A DNA stretch of 63,839 nucleotides, filler included, from Sphacelaria rigidula (Eukaryota), in NCBI GenBank assembly GCA_964200075.2. It is 11 parts of 11 records of this genome, joined end to end, with 100 filler letters (N's around TTAATTAATTAA, not from the genome) between each part and the next. Parts side by side here need not be neighbours in the genome. Positions count along the whole stretch, not along the records: positions 23,253 to 28,965 come from CAXNAA020025044.1; positions 29,066 to 34,778 come from CAXNAA020025045.1; positions 34,879 to 40,591 come from CAXNAA020025046.1; 8 more parts are not named here. One strand, written 5' to 3'. Under the pieces are notes generated by a model that saw only the letters and a program-made list of their open reading frames with translations, ran no database searches and was not told the origin of the DNA. Shown here one piece after another: positions 24,216 through 37,326 of this stretch. The position numbers and the translations under genes were made by a program. Within the stretch, counting starts at the first letter, position 1; each line of letters opens with the position of its first letter.

Positions 24216-24506
24216 ATGTGCACGCCGGATATGACAATGGCAACGGGTACGGGGATGCCACCGGTCGATGGCGAACTTACTGCGCGTCATGTTTCACGCG
24301 GCGCGGTTGCAGGGCCTTTTGTCCGCATGCTGAGCGGGCCTGCCGCGGTCGTGTTTTCGGAAAGGCAGGTGGCTCGCCCCGGTGGAGATGGAGAGGAAGG
24401 TGCGGGTGGTGAGCTGGTGACGTTACAGGAGAGTAGGGTGTGGGAAGTGCACGAGGGGCGCTGGAAGTGTGTGCACTGTCACGAGTCTTCGGAGGCGCCA
24501 CTGTGA
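24216..24506 (+). CDS. Terminal exon encoding a CaMKII association (hub) domain-like / NTF2-SnoaL fold
   Basis: After a CCCCTACAG acceptor: MCTPDMT...GPFVRMLSGPAAVVFSERQ...TLQESRVWEVHEGRWKCVHCHES*. This parallels CaMKII_AD motifs MCDPGMT, PHVHLxG..AC, EETRVW...GKWQNVHFHRS. Confidence 0.7.
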   Translation: MCTPDMTMATGTGMPPVDGELTARHVSRGAVAGPFVRMLSGPAAVVFSERQVARPGGDGEEGAGGELVTLQESRVWEVHEGRWKCVHCHESSEAPL

Positions 24507-25387
24507 TGGAAAGAGGAGGACAAGGCACAATTTCTGTATGTTTTTGTTTTTTTTCGGTAGCGGTAATTTTCGGCGGTGGGGGTTGTGTTTTTTACTGGCT
24601 TGTCGTGTTTTGTATTTTTTTGTGTGTGCTCGTGTTTACCCCGTCTTTTTTTCTAGTCTACACTACACACAAAGAGTGAGCTAAGCTAGAGTCTGTGTAC
24701 TAACTACGAAGTTCTGCGTTGTGTGCGTTGTGTGCGTTGTGTGCGTTGTGTGTTGAGTCATGATCTTCAATTTGACAAGAGTTTTTTTCGTGGAGAGAGT
24801 GAACATTCACGGGAAAAGTTGGGGAGAAAAAAAATGTTCTCGTGTTTTTTTTCGTACGTATAACAAATGTAGAATAACCGTATTTTCCTTTTCTTTTATT
24901 GTTCTCGTTTGTTTTCTGCAAGGTTGGTGTCGCTTTTGAGCGTGTTTTTTGTCGTCCATGAAGACGATGGTTTTTATTAGACTACGCGTCGCATATTTCC
25001 TAGTAAGGATGCCCCTGGCTTTGTGGTATTTGGTAGAATAACAAAACAAACGCCGTCGTGAAATTGCAGCGAAACACGCGCGACAACACGGCGGGTGCTC
25101 ATCTTTCCACTCGATTCCTCCGAAAGTGTCTTTCGTTTTGTATGTGTAGATTGTTCGTTGTGTTTCCTTCAGGAAGAGAAGGAAATGTTTCACTGGGTGA
25201 TATTCTTGGAACATTTTTTTTAATTACTGTTGTGCGTATGTGCACATAAGGAACGAACTAGAACCATGCACCAAGGTGTACTATGAAAAAAAGAAGTTCA
25301 AACGGTACTACAAGAAAAGAATTGAAAAAAAAGTGATCGTTTTTTTTACATTCGTCAAACAGCAGCATCTCAACGTTCGGACGCGGA

Positions 25388-25745
25388 CTGTGGGTTTACC
25401 TCGACCCGTCGCCCCGAATCCATGGTCAAGCAAAAAGGCGCTTGTATTTGCTCAGCCTTAAGACTACCCCTACTCACTGTATCCCCCAACACGAGCTAGA
25501 CGGGGAACCCACGGGCGGGGGGAGAGGTGTGCAGCAAGTAACCCAGGCAAAGTTGGCGTTGGTAGAACTGTGGGTGCACCTCGACCCGTCGCCCCAAATC
25601 CGTGGCCACGTAAAGATACGCTTGTTTTTGTCAAGCCTTGGGACTACCCCAACTTACCCTATCCCTCAACACATGCTAGACCGGGAACCCACGGGCCGGG
25701 GAATGAAGCAAGTGACCTAGACAAAGGTGGCGTTGGACAGAACTC
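25388..25745. repeat. ~180-bp tandem duplication (2 diverged copies)
   Basis: CTGTGGGT..ACCTCGACCCGTCGCCCC.AATCC..GACTACCCC..GCTAGAC.GGGAACCCACGGGC at 25388 and 25568. Confidence 0.8.
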
Positions 25746-26537
25746 GAACTAGCGCCGCAAGCGCCGATATTAGCCATAAGGGTATTCGTTTTCCCTACTT
25801 TTTGTACGTATACGCACCGAGTACCGCGGTTCGACTTGTGCCGATAATTTTTTTCTGTCAGTCTGGCGGACGACCTGTACCGACTCTGAACTATGGACTT
25901 CGAGTTTATATTTGTCCGCCGCTTGGCGGCGGCTATCTCCGGAATTTTTGACCATTTTGACCGCCACCAGCGTGAAGAGTCTACAGTTAACCTCATCTGA
26001 CCAAAGTGTGTCCCGGAGTAGCACTTTCCATGGTGATGGCATTTAGGGTGTAACCTATTGCGGCTATGGTGGTATATACCTAAACGCCTCCTGCGAACGC
26101 GAGCGCGCACACGGGACTGTCGGTTCCCGCGTGTTAAGATCCGAATCTGATGGTCCACACGAAACGCAAATTTGTTCCTCATCATGACTCTGAGGTAAAG
26201 GGGTTCGCGCAAAGTGTGCCGAGTGCACTTGCCTCTCGAGTCCCGTGGGAACAGAGTTCGTCATGGCTTCTTTGAGAGGAGAGGGAGCCGAACCCGCACG
26301 ATACTGCTGCGGGAGATCGAATCGATCGGGGTGTAGGTAGGGTGCGTGTCATGATGCGCAAAGCTCTTTTGTACCCGATGGCGCCGGATGGATGTTCGAG
26401 GATGTCGTGCGGTCGGTAGGGAGCACGGAGTGGCGAGAATTTCAATTTCGGGCTACAGGGAGTTTTTTTTAGCACAGATTGCGGAGCGAGTAGTGACTCA
26501 AAAATGGGTTGACGAAATTAACTTGGTTGAGAGATCA

Positions 26538-26769
26538 GAGTAACGCTACGGTGGGGGTGCACTTTTTGCGCAAAATCTTGTTTAGTTCGGGGGCTCCTAA
26601 AGATTCTAGAGGCACGAGAATATTGATCAGGGCATCCCCGTTTGAAAATTTCATTCGGTAACATTCCTAGCACATATGATTCATGATAAGTCGTGTTTTG
26701 GATGAGATTGAGGGCTCCTCATTAATTCTAACTTCAGAGTATTTGTGCACCTCTACCGCAGCGTCACTC
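26538..26769. mobile_element. MITE with GAG...CTC termini and 4-bp TSD (Sola-like)
   Basis: TIR GAGTAACGCTACGGT / ACCGCAGCGTCACTC, flanks ATCA/ATCG. Homologous copy at 54923-55179. Confidence 0.65.
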
Positions 26770-27390
26770 ATCGAAACAATGGCGTTGGAGTTATACCCGA
26801 TGATCAACATTTTTGGCTTGAAGGTGACGTAACGGGACTATCGTTCGTTTATTATTGGATAAAGGTAGAGCGAGGGAGGGGGTTGTTGCCTTTTGTTGAC
26901 ACTCCGAAAATACACAAAATAGGCGGAGATTTGGCTTTTTTGTGCCTCCACTGTTGACCTTGTGAACACGTCGCATGTCGTCCTTCAACACGCAACCTTC
27001 ACACAGGCCAATTATGTTCCTTGAACTATTTGACCGCCAGGGTGGGCAGGTTGTCTGTGGAATCGGCATACGTTTCATTCACTTGAAGGATAACCACTCG
27101 TACCCAGATCGCTCACCTCAGCCTTTGAAAATCGAATCGCATGACCTACGCGTGTACGGTCAGAAGCTGTGAAGCTACCCGTGCTATGATCCTGTGCCAG
27201 CAAGCACGAGTGTTATCGCTTGGGGCGGCGAGTGCGGCTGCTGTATTTCTCATGATGGCAAACGCTACTCATGGTGTCATTGCGGTTGCTGCAAGCGTAT
27301 ACCTCCTTCTCGATTTGTAGAAATCCTCTTCATACTCGTACTATTATACTTTCTTTTCTCAATATCTTCGCTTCAGTTTACAGTCCTACA

Positions 27391-27834
27391 AACAGCCGAA
27401 CATCGACATTGAGGATGGAGCTTTTCATTGACAAAGAGAACCCACAGGGTGAAAATCTTCGTATCTACAACATATGATCGAAATATGGTCCCATTCCTTC
27501 ACCTACTGGTAGCTATTGACAACTACTACAAGCCCTACAAATTGTGATCTCTAAGACCGAAATGTTGGGGTCCTACATGAAGGAACAATTTTGGGGAATT
27601 AAGGCGATTCGATCGGATTGCCGAAATTCCCCGACATCGGCTTTACGCGTAGAACCCCAGCATTTCGGTAATCGAAATCACAATTCATAGGGCGTGTAGT
27701 AGTTGTCAATAGCTACCAGTAAGTGAAGGAATGGAACCGTTTTTCGAAGATTTGGTGTGGATAAGAATTTTTTAATCCTCCGGGTTCTCATCCTCGATGA
27801 AAAGTTCCATCCTCGATTTCGATGATCGGCTATT
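27391..27834. mobile_element. Diverged 444-bp foldback MITE (family of 5054-5496)
   Basis: TIR AACAGCCGAACATCGA / TCGATGATCGGCTATT, flanks TACA/TATA. Shared internal CTTCACCTACTG.TAGCTATTGACAACT. Confidence 0.75.
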
Positions 27835-28625
27835 TATACTTGATCCTCCCCCCCCCCCTTCCCCCCTCCCCCAACTGTTGCCCTCCTCAAGTTTTTCTTG
27901 AAGTACTGCACTTTAGATTAATTCATGGATTGGTTGTGTTTATTTACCTTGGGTACATACGTTCATCTTGCATTTAATAACCACGGCTACATTCTTAACG
28001 GATCACCAGCAAGTTGTGTGACGGAGCTTCATCAACCAACCAACAACGGTGGATCCTAGAAAATGGGGTTCATACAAAATATGGGGTTGAAGTGGCTTCT
28101 ATTTTGCAGGGAAGACGCGAAACACTTGCGACCGNNNNNNNNNNGGTGCACCTAACGAATGCGGTGTACACGTGTGTCGATGACGATATCACCAGAGAGA
28201 GAAGCAGCGACAGAGAGGAAACTCCTCGCCCGTGTCCTTTGTATCCTCACTCGGCGATTACCAATCGCTTGAGAAACTGGCATCATCGATGTCATTATAC
28301 CAGCATGTGCCATTTTTTTCGTTTGCCAGAAAAGCGACGTGCGGAGAGATTCCGTCGTCTCTTCTTGCCTGTCGAGCTCACGAATGCGAAGATGGATTCC
28401 TCTCTGTCTCTCCTTTTGGACAGGACGCGCCTCTGTGCGCTGAAAAATAGGGCAATGTTCCCGTCACCGCTACTACTGTTCTCTGTCACACACATGCCAG
28501 GAAGGGCGGTGCTACGGCAATAACAGATATATCCAATTTGAACTTAGGGTGTGTTACTCATCGTTGATTTTCGCCGACCTCTCCCGACGGGGTGCCCGAG
28601 CAGAAGGACGTGGCACACGCCAGTT

Positions 28626-28965
28626 GAGGGGGGTGTATGAGAGATCAAACACTTGTAGAGACCTTTTTGACATGCGGAGTGAAAAAATATACCTACGGTG
28701 GTGACCTAACTGTTGCTAGCGTGACGCATAGGTAATCTGCAGTACACACACGCTGGTCGCGTGGACAGCTCGGTACAGTACGAGTAGCTTCCCATGAGTA
28801 ATAATTATTCCGATATCAGGAGGTCATGGATTATCACAAGTTGGGAGGAGAGATGAGAGTGCTCTACGATCAACAACATGTCGTTGTATTCGAGACCCAC
28901 GCCATCAACCGCCGACAGCAAGGAACAGGGTTGCCAGAAAAATGAGAACGTATTTTGAAATGATA
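28626..28965 (+). mobile_element. Possible polypurine tract and start of a 3' LTR
   Basis: GAGGGGGG immediately followed by TGTATG..., the same pattern as 47552-47566. No coding remnant confirmed. Confidence 0.3.
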
Positions 28966-29703
28966 NNNNNNNNNNNNNNNNNNNNNNNNNNNNNNNNNNN
29001 NNNNNNNNNTTAATTAATTAANNNNNNNNNNNNNNNNNNNNNNNNNNNNNNNNNNNNNNNNNNNNCCAAAAAATACTCCGTGTTACCTGGTTGTCGATTA
29101 CCACTAATCAACCCCAATGACTACCTCACTTACCCCCCCCCCCCCCAAGTGCTAACTTGATATGGTGCTTCTTACTATAGAGCTTACGTTGGCACGATAC
29201 CTGATGGGAAATCAATGTCAATGTACCAAGCAAGTTTTCAATTGCTTTTAGAATTTTCACCTGCTTGCCATGAGTCAAACCAATTCCATTTCTACTACGA
29301 CAGCAATGAATGCTGGTTGTTGAATAATGTGCATACTATGCATGGGTTACAACTGCCTCATGAAGAATACAAACTACACGCGGATGTTGTCGTACCTTCA
29401 AAACGTCTACTTGTACTCTCTCTGCAATACCGGTACTGCAAGAAAACCTCACGGGATTCTTGAAAACCATAACAAGAAGACGATCATGCAACAGATCTAG
29501 CAGCACTTGCAATGATTTTTATAAAACAAACTCGATAATGATTCATGAAACCGCCATTTACATATTCCAACGCAGATTGATGCGCTCCGAGTACTTCTAA
29601 CTGACGTCAATCGTTGACACAGATGCTGAGCCTCCCCACTTCATTTTCTGTGATGATGACGTGCTTGACGTCGAAGATTCTTGACCAAGATTATTATCGC
29701 TGT

Positions 29704-30344
29704 TCAGGCTCCGAAGTTCTTGATTTTGTTGATGCGGTACCGGTGCCGCTTCTCGTTGAGGTGTTTCGTTCCGATATCAGTAAGATGGTCTTCCGTGGAT
29801 ACGTAGTGGATCTTGATCCTGCCCTCCTTCACCATTTCGTGGTTGTAGAAGCAACGTAAGGCTACGTGCTTCGTGCAAGCGCTGAATTTCCGATTGCCAA
29901 TTACATGGAGCGTAGCCGTGTTGTCGATGTATAGTGGCACGCTGTCGAACTCCGCCTCGGATCCCAACGCCGTCATCATATTCGAGCAGAACACCACCTC
30001 TTTCATCGCTAGTGCCGCAGCCACCACCTCGGCTTCCATCGTCGACATGGCCGTGAAACTCTGCAGCCCCGACTTGAAGCTCACCGGGGCCTTTGCGATC
30101 ATCATAAATTACGGTGACATCGACTTGCCGTTGTCGGGGTTGTTGCCCCAGTTGGAGTCCGAAAACCCTGTGAGGGCGAATCCTCCCTTCTTGCAGGTAA
30201 TACTGAAATCCGCCGTGCCGGCGAGGTAGCAAAGAGATGCTTTGCGGCAGCCATGTGATTTTTTGAAGGTTTCGACATGGCCCGAGCAAGCTGGCTGGTG
30301 CCGTACATGCAGTCGCAGCGAGTTACCTGAGAAAGATACATCAC
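29704..30344 (-). pseudogene. Copia RT C-terminal tail + RNase H remnant
   Basis: SVMYLSQVTRCD..QLARAMSKPSKNHMAAAKHL, then a frameshifted RNase H region. Confidence 0.85.
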
Positions 30345-31024
30345 TGACCCCCCTTAAAAGTGTTCGGGATTGTGGTCACCTTCTCCCCCTCCGAACGATA
30401 TTATAGTTGGGTATTGGTGGCGGCAAGGGCGTACTCTACAAAACTTTGGGCGTCCTCGTGGTGGGCAACGTCCGCCGCCACCTCCTTGGTTTAGTATGCT
30501 AGTGAATTGAGTTCGCGCAAAGTTGCCGCGCTAACTCCGTCGTCGGGCGTGATGGGACTAGCGGGAAATTTACCCCTGGATTGTGTCGCCGGGCGTCCCG
30601 GCGCACTCGATGTTCGGGTGGAAGGGGTGATCCGCGCCTTGGAACGAGAGGCACCTGCCGCAGTAGACGAAGATGCCTCTTCTGAGGCATTTGATGATGC
30701 TCCTCCTGATTCTCCACTCGGCATAGCTTCCGCCGGCGAACTTTTCCCTGGTGATGTAGGCCCTAAACCGGCGCGTAAGCGCAGATCACGAGCAGATTTT
30801 CTCCACAATGCTCCGAAGTTCGTCGTTATCCGATGCCGATAGATCGATCCCCGCGGTGTGGTTGGGCGGCGAATTGAGCTCAAGGCGTGAAATGCAGTTC
30901 CTCACGTCTCTCACAAGTTGGTCATGGTCCCGGTACGTGAAATCAGTGTCGTTGAAATCGCGCGTCAATTCCGGAGCCCGCAGGGCAGACGGTGTCTCGA
31001 TAAAAATGACGTTCCTGCTCTCCC

Positions 31025-31834
31025 TCACGTTCTTCTGTGTTGGATTGTAGATCCAAAACGACTTGCTGTCCACGCTGTATCCACAGAGCCGTCCTTCTGG
31101 GGGTCGAGCTTCTTGGTGTGTGTTTCAAGGTCAACACACGCCCTGGCCCCGATAACCCGGAGATGCCCAAGGTTTGCCTCCTTGCCGTAGAAGCCTTTGT
31201 ACGGTGTGACATTCCCCAGTGCTGCATGCGGCACCCGGTTCGCTAGGTATACCGTGGTTTGCATAATAAGTTCTCCCCACAGAAAGTTCGGCAAGCCGGA
31301 GTCCGCGAGAAGGCAGCGCGCCATCCCGGCGAGAGTCCTCCCGTCACGCTCGCAGGCACCAATCTGCTGTGGTGTGTTTGTTGAGGCGAACTGGTGTCGA
31401 ATGCCAGTCTGAAGACAGTAGTTCTTAAACGCATCGCCGGTGTACTCTCCGCCTCTATCCCGGCGGAGGCGCTCGACTCGAAACTCACTGGGAACTACGA
31501 GCCCTTGCGCGAGCATTTCAAGAGAGTCGAGGGGGTCGCTTTTGTCCTTGATGAATATCTCCCTCCACTTGGTCACCTGTTCGGTGAACTTGCGGACGTA
31601 GTTGTAGCCCCCCAACGCGGGAGGAGTGATGGGCCCCAAAAGGTCGGTGTAGATTAGTTGAAAGGGACGGGTGACGTTGTAGGTAGCTTCCGTGGGGTGA
31701 GATTGTTGTGTGCTTTTCCCGATGGCACAGACATCGCAAGCTGACACGTCCCCGTCGTAGTTGGTGCCGTTGCCGTCCACCTTCTTCAAGATATCCAGAC
31801 TCCTGCGGTTGACGTGTCCCAAACGCCGGTGCTA
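31025..31834 (-). pseudogene. Copia integrase remnant (rve core)
   Basis: HHCC and DDE motifs. The conserved Trp of LWHRRLGH is mutated to TAG at 31832-31834. Confidence 0.9.
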
Positions 31835-34800
31835 CAGATTCGCCGACTCTGCTCGCATGGCTGTTCCCGTTGTTCCACCCCTCAGATCCAACGAAAAAGA
31901 GTACAACAATTCGTCGCCCCCAAGCCGTTGTAACGGCAGAGTGATGCTTTCCATCTCCATGCGCGATTGAACAGAGTCGAAAATGGTAACAGTCCCCATG
32001 TTTGATGCCGCAGCTACTGAAAAGAGGTGCCGTCCCAGACCAGGCACGATGATGACCGAGAGTGAAACCGAGTTCTTTCCCCCGTCTCGTTCAGTAACAG
32101 TACCAGAATGGTGCCCGTCGCGACGCCTTCCACGATGTGTTTACCAGCGGTAACAATCCTGTGAGGCTACTTCCGCTTCGCTAGGTTTGTCATCCGGCGT
32201 TGAATTCCGGGAGCGAGGTCGCTGCCCAGGTAGTGCGCAGATGCACCGCTATCCACCAGCATGATCAGGGATGTGCTGTTGATGTCGTCCCTATTGTGCC
32301 CCACCGAGCCCAAAGCCGTTGGCGTAGCCACGTATGACTCCCCATCCGGAACTTCGCCAAATACCCCAAATAATCCCCGTGTATCTACAGTTCGTTGCTC
32401 AAGTGTTTTCTCCGGGGTCGGTTCAAGAACGAAGAATAAATTGTCGGGCTCTTCCAGCTCTTGGACTCCTCTGTCACCTTCGCGAGCGTAGTCCCGACAA
32501 ATGTGAAGGAAAAACCAAACGTTGGCTGTTCGGGGTCTGCTGTCTGGGCAATTCGCGCCCTGCCGGTGTTGACAAAGTTGATGCTACGAGCTTGTTCCTT
32601 CTTTGTAGGCTTCTGCTTGAAGCACTGCTCGTCGCTGTGACTTTTTGTCTTGTGTGAAGAACGCCACTTGGAATTTCCGTCTCCTCCTTCTTTCCAGTGC
32701 TTCGTCTTTTGCCTCTGCTGTTTTTAGTGCTCCTGTGATCTCTGTCGCAGAGGTTTAGGGCATGTGCTGCGACGGTGCCCATATTTGTCGCAGTTAAAGC
32801 ACTGGATGCTGCTGAGGTCGCAGTGCGCCGCCTGCATGGCCACGCCGCGGCCCACAACAAATTTTGTGGATACGCGAGCAAGGTTGTCGATGAACATGTT
32901 CCGCATGGTGGACTTGATCTCCTTCAACCCGTAGTTGCGGTCACGGAAGCTGGTCTGTCGTACAAAGTCGTAGTCGTTCGTGATGGAGTGCAGAATGATG
33001 TTCTCGTAACGCTCGTCAGAGACCACCTCTCCCATGCCATGCAGCCGGGCCCGCAGGTTGTCTATTTTATGCAAGAAATCCTCCGGATCCTGTCTATGCT
33101 GCATCTTTGTATTGCACAGCTCGTCGTGGCATACTCGTCGCGTCTCTTTCGTGTCATATTTGCCCGCAAGGGCTTTCCAGACAGCAATCCCATCGCCGAG
33201 TCCCTCCTACTGCCTCCGGCCCTCGTACTCTACAGATGACAGATGACCCACCAGGGCGCTCAAAGGGTTGGACACAATATACAGAATGGATATACGCCTC
33301 ACAAATCGGTTTCAAAACCAAGTCAGACCAACAAATCCCTACCGAATGGTGAAACTCACTGCAGCAAACACTCATTTTCCGTATATGTTGTGCTGGGCAT
33401 GCACCCTTACAAGAAGGTTACGAATTACGAAGAGACAGACGATGCTGTTCGTGTACCCAGCTGTGCAGTGAACTCAAGGTGATCGGTGTGGCTCGCTTAA
33501 CCCTTAGACCGCGAGATTAGTTTTTAGTCTTTTTTGATCATGCATACTTTTTCCCACTTGAAATTGATGCCGATTCAACAGAAGACTAAGTCCTGTTGAG
33601 TGCAGCTGTTCGCTGTGCGGTTCCCGGAGCCGTCGCGGCGTCAAGAGGTTTGAATCGGAGTTACTTTTGTGCGTGTCCTCATGCATCATGTGTGATGTGT
33701 ACCCAGTAACACAGAAGCAACAGCATGGCGACTGGCGGAGGTATAGGGTGTGGCGTGTACTGCAGAAGACATCACCATGCCGACCGTAGTATGCCGTTCT
33801 GTTTGTTGCAATTGTGTGTGTTTGGTCGCGTAAATCATTTGTGAAGGTATAACGTCGTTTATTCATCTCATTCTGTCACCCCCGTAGACATATCCAGACC
33901 TGTCTCCGACTGCGGGACAATCACCCGTGTTCCCGGAAAGCGGTAGCTGGTACACACACACTACAGTGCAGCTGGTTACGATGCAGACCTCACAGCTGGT
34001 TCGAACGGCGGTCAGTGCAAAAGTGCAGTGCAGTGCAGTACAGTACAGTATCGAGGTCGTGCATCTCGCGGCGTTGTCATCGGCACTGTCTGTTTCACAC
34101 CGTCGTGACTCAGGGGTTCAAGGACACTTCGTGAATGGTAGATCTCGGACACAATTTGCAAAAATTTCCTTTATATTTTGGCCCCGATTAGCCTGTATCA
34201 CACTACAGTGCAACAGTACAACAGTGCAGTAGCAAGGTGGTGAAACATGCAGGGTGAAGTATATACAAGGTGGTGAAACATGCAGTACCAAGGTGGTGAA
34301 ATAGAATTGGGTTCAGGCGAATTTTGAGGTTTTCGATCGATAGAAGCAAGTGAAATTCGTGAAGCGGTACTTAGTCGCTTGTGAACAGCACAGTCTGCGG
34401 TACTTCGTAGCTTGTGAACAATACAGTCTGTACAGTCTGTACTGTCTGCACTGTTAGCATGCAGGGTGTCTGGATGTGTCCGTGCGTATTTCGTACGGTA
34501 GGATGTGAACCAAAAGCAGGCAACGTGCAGTACAAACAGCGCGAGACTATCTGTTCTTCTTGAAATACAATGAGACGTGAAAAGGACTCGGACACCGAGC
34601 AGTCATTCACTTTTTTCACAACATCGCACAGTAGTACCACGTATATAGAAAATAAACTGGTACGCTTTTCTGATGAGACCCACAACATATGGGAACACGA
34701 AACACGATGATCGAAGTTTGAACTCTTGAAGTCTGAAGCCTGTCGGCCTATCTGGTGACGAATCACGCCGCATGGAGCNNNNNNNNNNNNNNNNNNNNNN

Positions 34801-35502
34801 NNNNNNNNNNNNNNNNNNNNNNTTAATTAATTAANNNNNNNNNNNNNNNNNNNNNNNNNNNNNNNNNNNNNNNNNNNNCAATCAGCGCCCTTCAAACTGT
34901 TCCGAGATTTAAATTACGAATACCAAGCCCAGTTTTCAGCTAATCTCTACATGCTTCAAATCGCAGTAACCGTCATCGACACGGAAATCCAATGAAAAAA
35001 TCATATTTTTAAAACGGTTACTACGGGGGTCGAATTATACCCGAAACCATGATGTTCCGGTGATGTTGGGTGTTGGCGTCCTCTAACTTCCGCTGATGAT
35101 ACGCACGGAAGACCCAGGGAGCCTGATGACGGTGTCCCCTATATCTGTTGTAGAAAAGCCCAGATCGCCCTCAAACTCGGCAGTTCCGTAGGTGGTGATG
35201 CTCAAAATGGAACAACTGTATTCTTGACAATATATCATGGTTTCTCCGTTCTCTACCGGCTTCCGGCGGTTCCGGCATGAAGATCCCCGGAAGGCGGTAC
35301 AGAATGCCCTAAAAGAAAATAATTAAACGATGCGTCCCGGGAGAGTCCAAGGAACACATGTACAAAGTTGTGGTGGAGAAACTCGAAAACCTCATACCGT
35401 TTTTCTTGCCTTGACGTCAAATTCATCCCAAAAGACGTTTCTACACTAAAACCAAGTAGTTAGGAGTTGCAGGTTTCAAGCCCACGTCCTCCACAAACGC
35501 GC

Positions 35503-36140
35503 AAACTTTCACGCTGTCATTAGGAGTTAGATCCTGAAACTTCGCATAAATATGCTGTGTATCATTACGCAACTTTCTACGGACGATGTTTCTTGTACTT
35601 GTTGAGTTTTTCACCGTTTTTCGGGGGTCCGACGGGACCGAAGTCGTTTTTCGAAGTAGTCTCCATGGTGGGACCCCAGAAAAACGGCACTATAGTATTT
35701 TTCCTTCATTTTTTCGCGAACTATCTGCCTCCGCATAATCCAAGGATGGGCTCCACAAAATTTTGTCGCAAAACTCGATCAACTGATGCTTGAATTTCCA
35801 TGTTCACATCAAAGAGGGCCCAAAAACGCCGATTTAGTACTAAAATCAAGTAGTTTGCGGTTTCACGGCGGTACGGCAAACTTCATCGCACGACAGACCC
35901 TGAAAGTTTGCACAACTGTGCTTTGGGACATTACGCACCTTTGAAGGAGGTTTTTTTCTTGAGTTTTTTTTGTTGCCGTATTACGGGGGTCTGATTGGGT
36001 AGAGGTTTCCCCCCACAACTGGGACCCCCGAAAAACGGTGAAAAGTTGAAAAAAAAGTTCCTTCACAGTTGCGTAATGACCCATAGAACATTCGTGCAAA
36101 GTTCAGGGTCTCACTCCTTAAAACGGCGTGAGGTTTTTCC
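35503..36140. mobile_element. Degenerate inverted-repeat element
   Basis: TTTTCACCGTTTTTCGGGGGTCC (~35608) vs GGACCCCCGAAAAACGGTGAAAA (~36022). CATTACGCAACT vs AGTTGCGTAATG. Confidence 0.55.
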
Positions 36141-37326
36141 GATTAGTGTTTTTTGGGTGATAAGCGTGAACCAGCCTAAAAATGGTTGCTTGGTTGAAGT
36201 CATTGACGCACTTGAACTGAACCCCTAGGGATTCGGAGGTGGTCGCATGATGGACGAGCCCAAGACACAACAAAAGTCGAAACCGACCCTACAAACCGTT
36301 AGAAACAGCAAAACAGTAGAACAGAACGATATCATAGTAAAAGACGTACAAATGATAGTGACAAAAGATAACTGGAAATGTAGCGAATACCCGGGAAAAC
36401 GCCTCGAGTATACAGAAAACCTTACCCCACAGAACACGGCCTTCGAAAACTGCACGGCGAAGAGAGGAGGCGCGCGCGCAAGTCATGGACAATCGCCACA
36501 GATGAGAATATTTACGAAAATCCCCGACAGTAGTGGACATTGCGACTGCTATAAAGCAGCTTCATGCTGAAATATCACCAGAATTGAAGATGCCACACCA
36601 CTGTCGTGCGCTCTTATTACTAGGACTGGCGCAGGTATTCACGTCGGGCAGGTGTAACGTTTTCTGGTTGTCCATGGGACGAAGGGCGCCGCAGGATGGC
36701 AGGACGCGACGGCTGACCGCAGGAAGTGCGGCCGTAGGGACGGGCCGATGAATTTACGCTGTGGTAACGCCGGTCACCCAGTGGTTTTGCCGCGCAGATC
36801 CCAACGTCGGGACTCGGCGCGAGTCTACTGGACGGCCGTGCCGAATGTGTCACGGTCCGCTCGTGGCGATCGCGACGACAGACAAGGACAATTTGTGTGG
36901 AAGCGCCCAGAGTCGGGGGCTGTACGGTGCGACGGCATTTGTGCGGGGGCGGGGGCAGGGGCGGGTAGAAGCGAGGGTTTTTATGTAGCGCAATGGCGCC
37001 GCCGTGCAGGGGCGTCGTCAGTATTTTTGGCGCGATGCTGTACGGTAACACTCATTCCAGGTTGTATCCATCATCGAGCGGTGCGATGCATTGAGGTTTA
37101 GGGCGGAACGTTTTCACGGCACGCAGCGGTTGGGAGATGAGCGCGAGGGACGGCGGGGCACACAAACCCTTTGTGGCGTTTTGTGACATGTATGCTCGTG
37201 CGGTGTGCACGGCTTGCGACCGCCAAGCGATGGCATGCGCACCGACAATCCCCTCTCTTTTTTTTTCTCCTTTTTATATTTGGTGTATTGTTACCACTTT
37301 TATTCGATTTTTTTTCTGTTTTGGTA

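Larger units (their letters stand above)
29066..33245 (-). mobile_element. Decayed Ty1/copia LTR retrotransposon: gag-PR-INT-(RT deleted)-RNaseH, PPT, start of 3' LTR
   Basis: Gag with CCHC knuckle CFNCDKYGHRRSTC (~32760-32800). Protease MLVDSGASAHYL (~32227-32262). Integrase HRRLGH..CDVC and DDE motifs IYTDLLGP, RRDRGGEY, GACERDGRTL (31025-31834). RNase H STMEAE..YIDN..KHVALR..TDIGTK (29704-30105). Copia domain order, G-tract PPT at 29133-29146, multiple stops and frameshifts. Confidence 0.95.
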
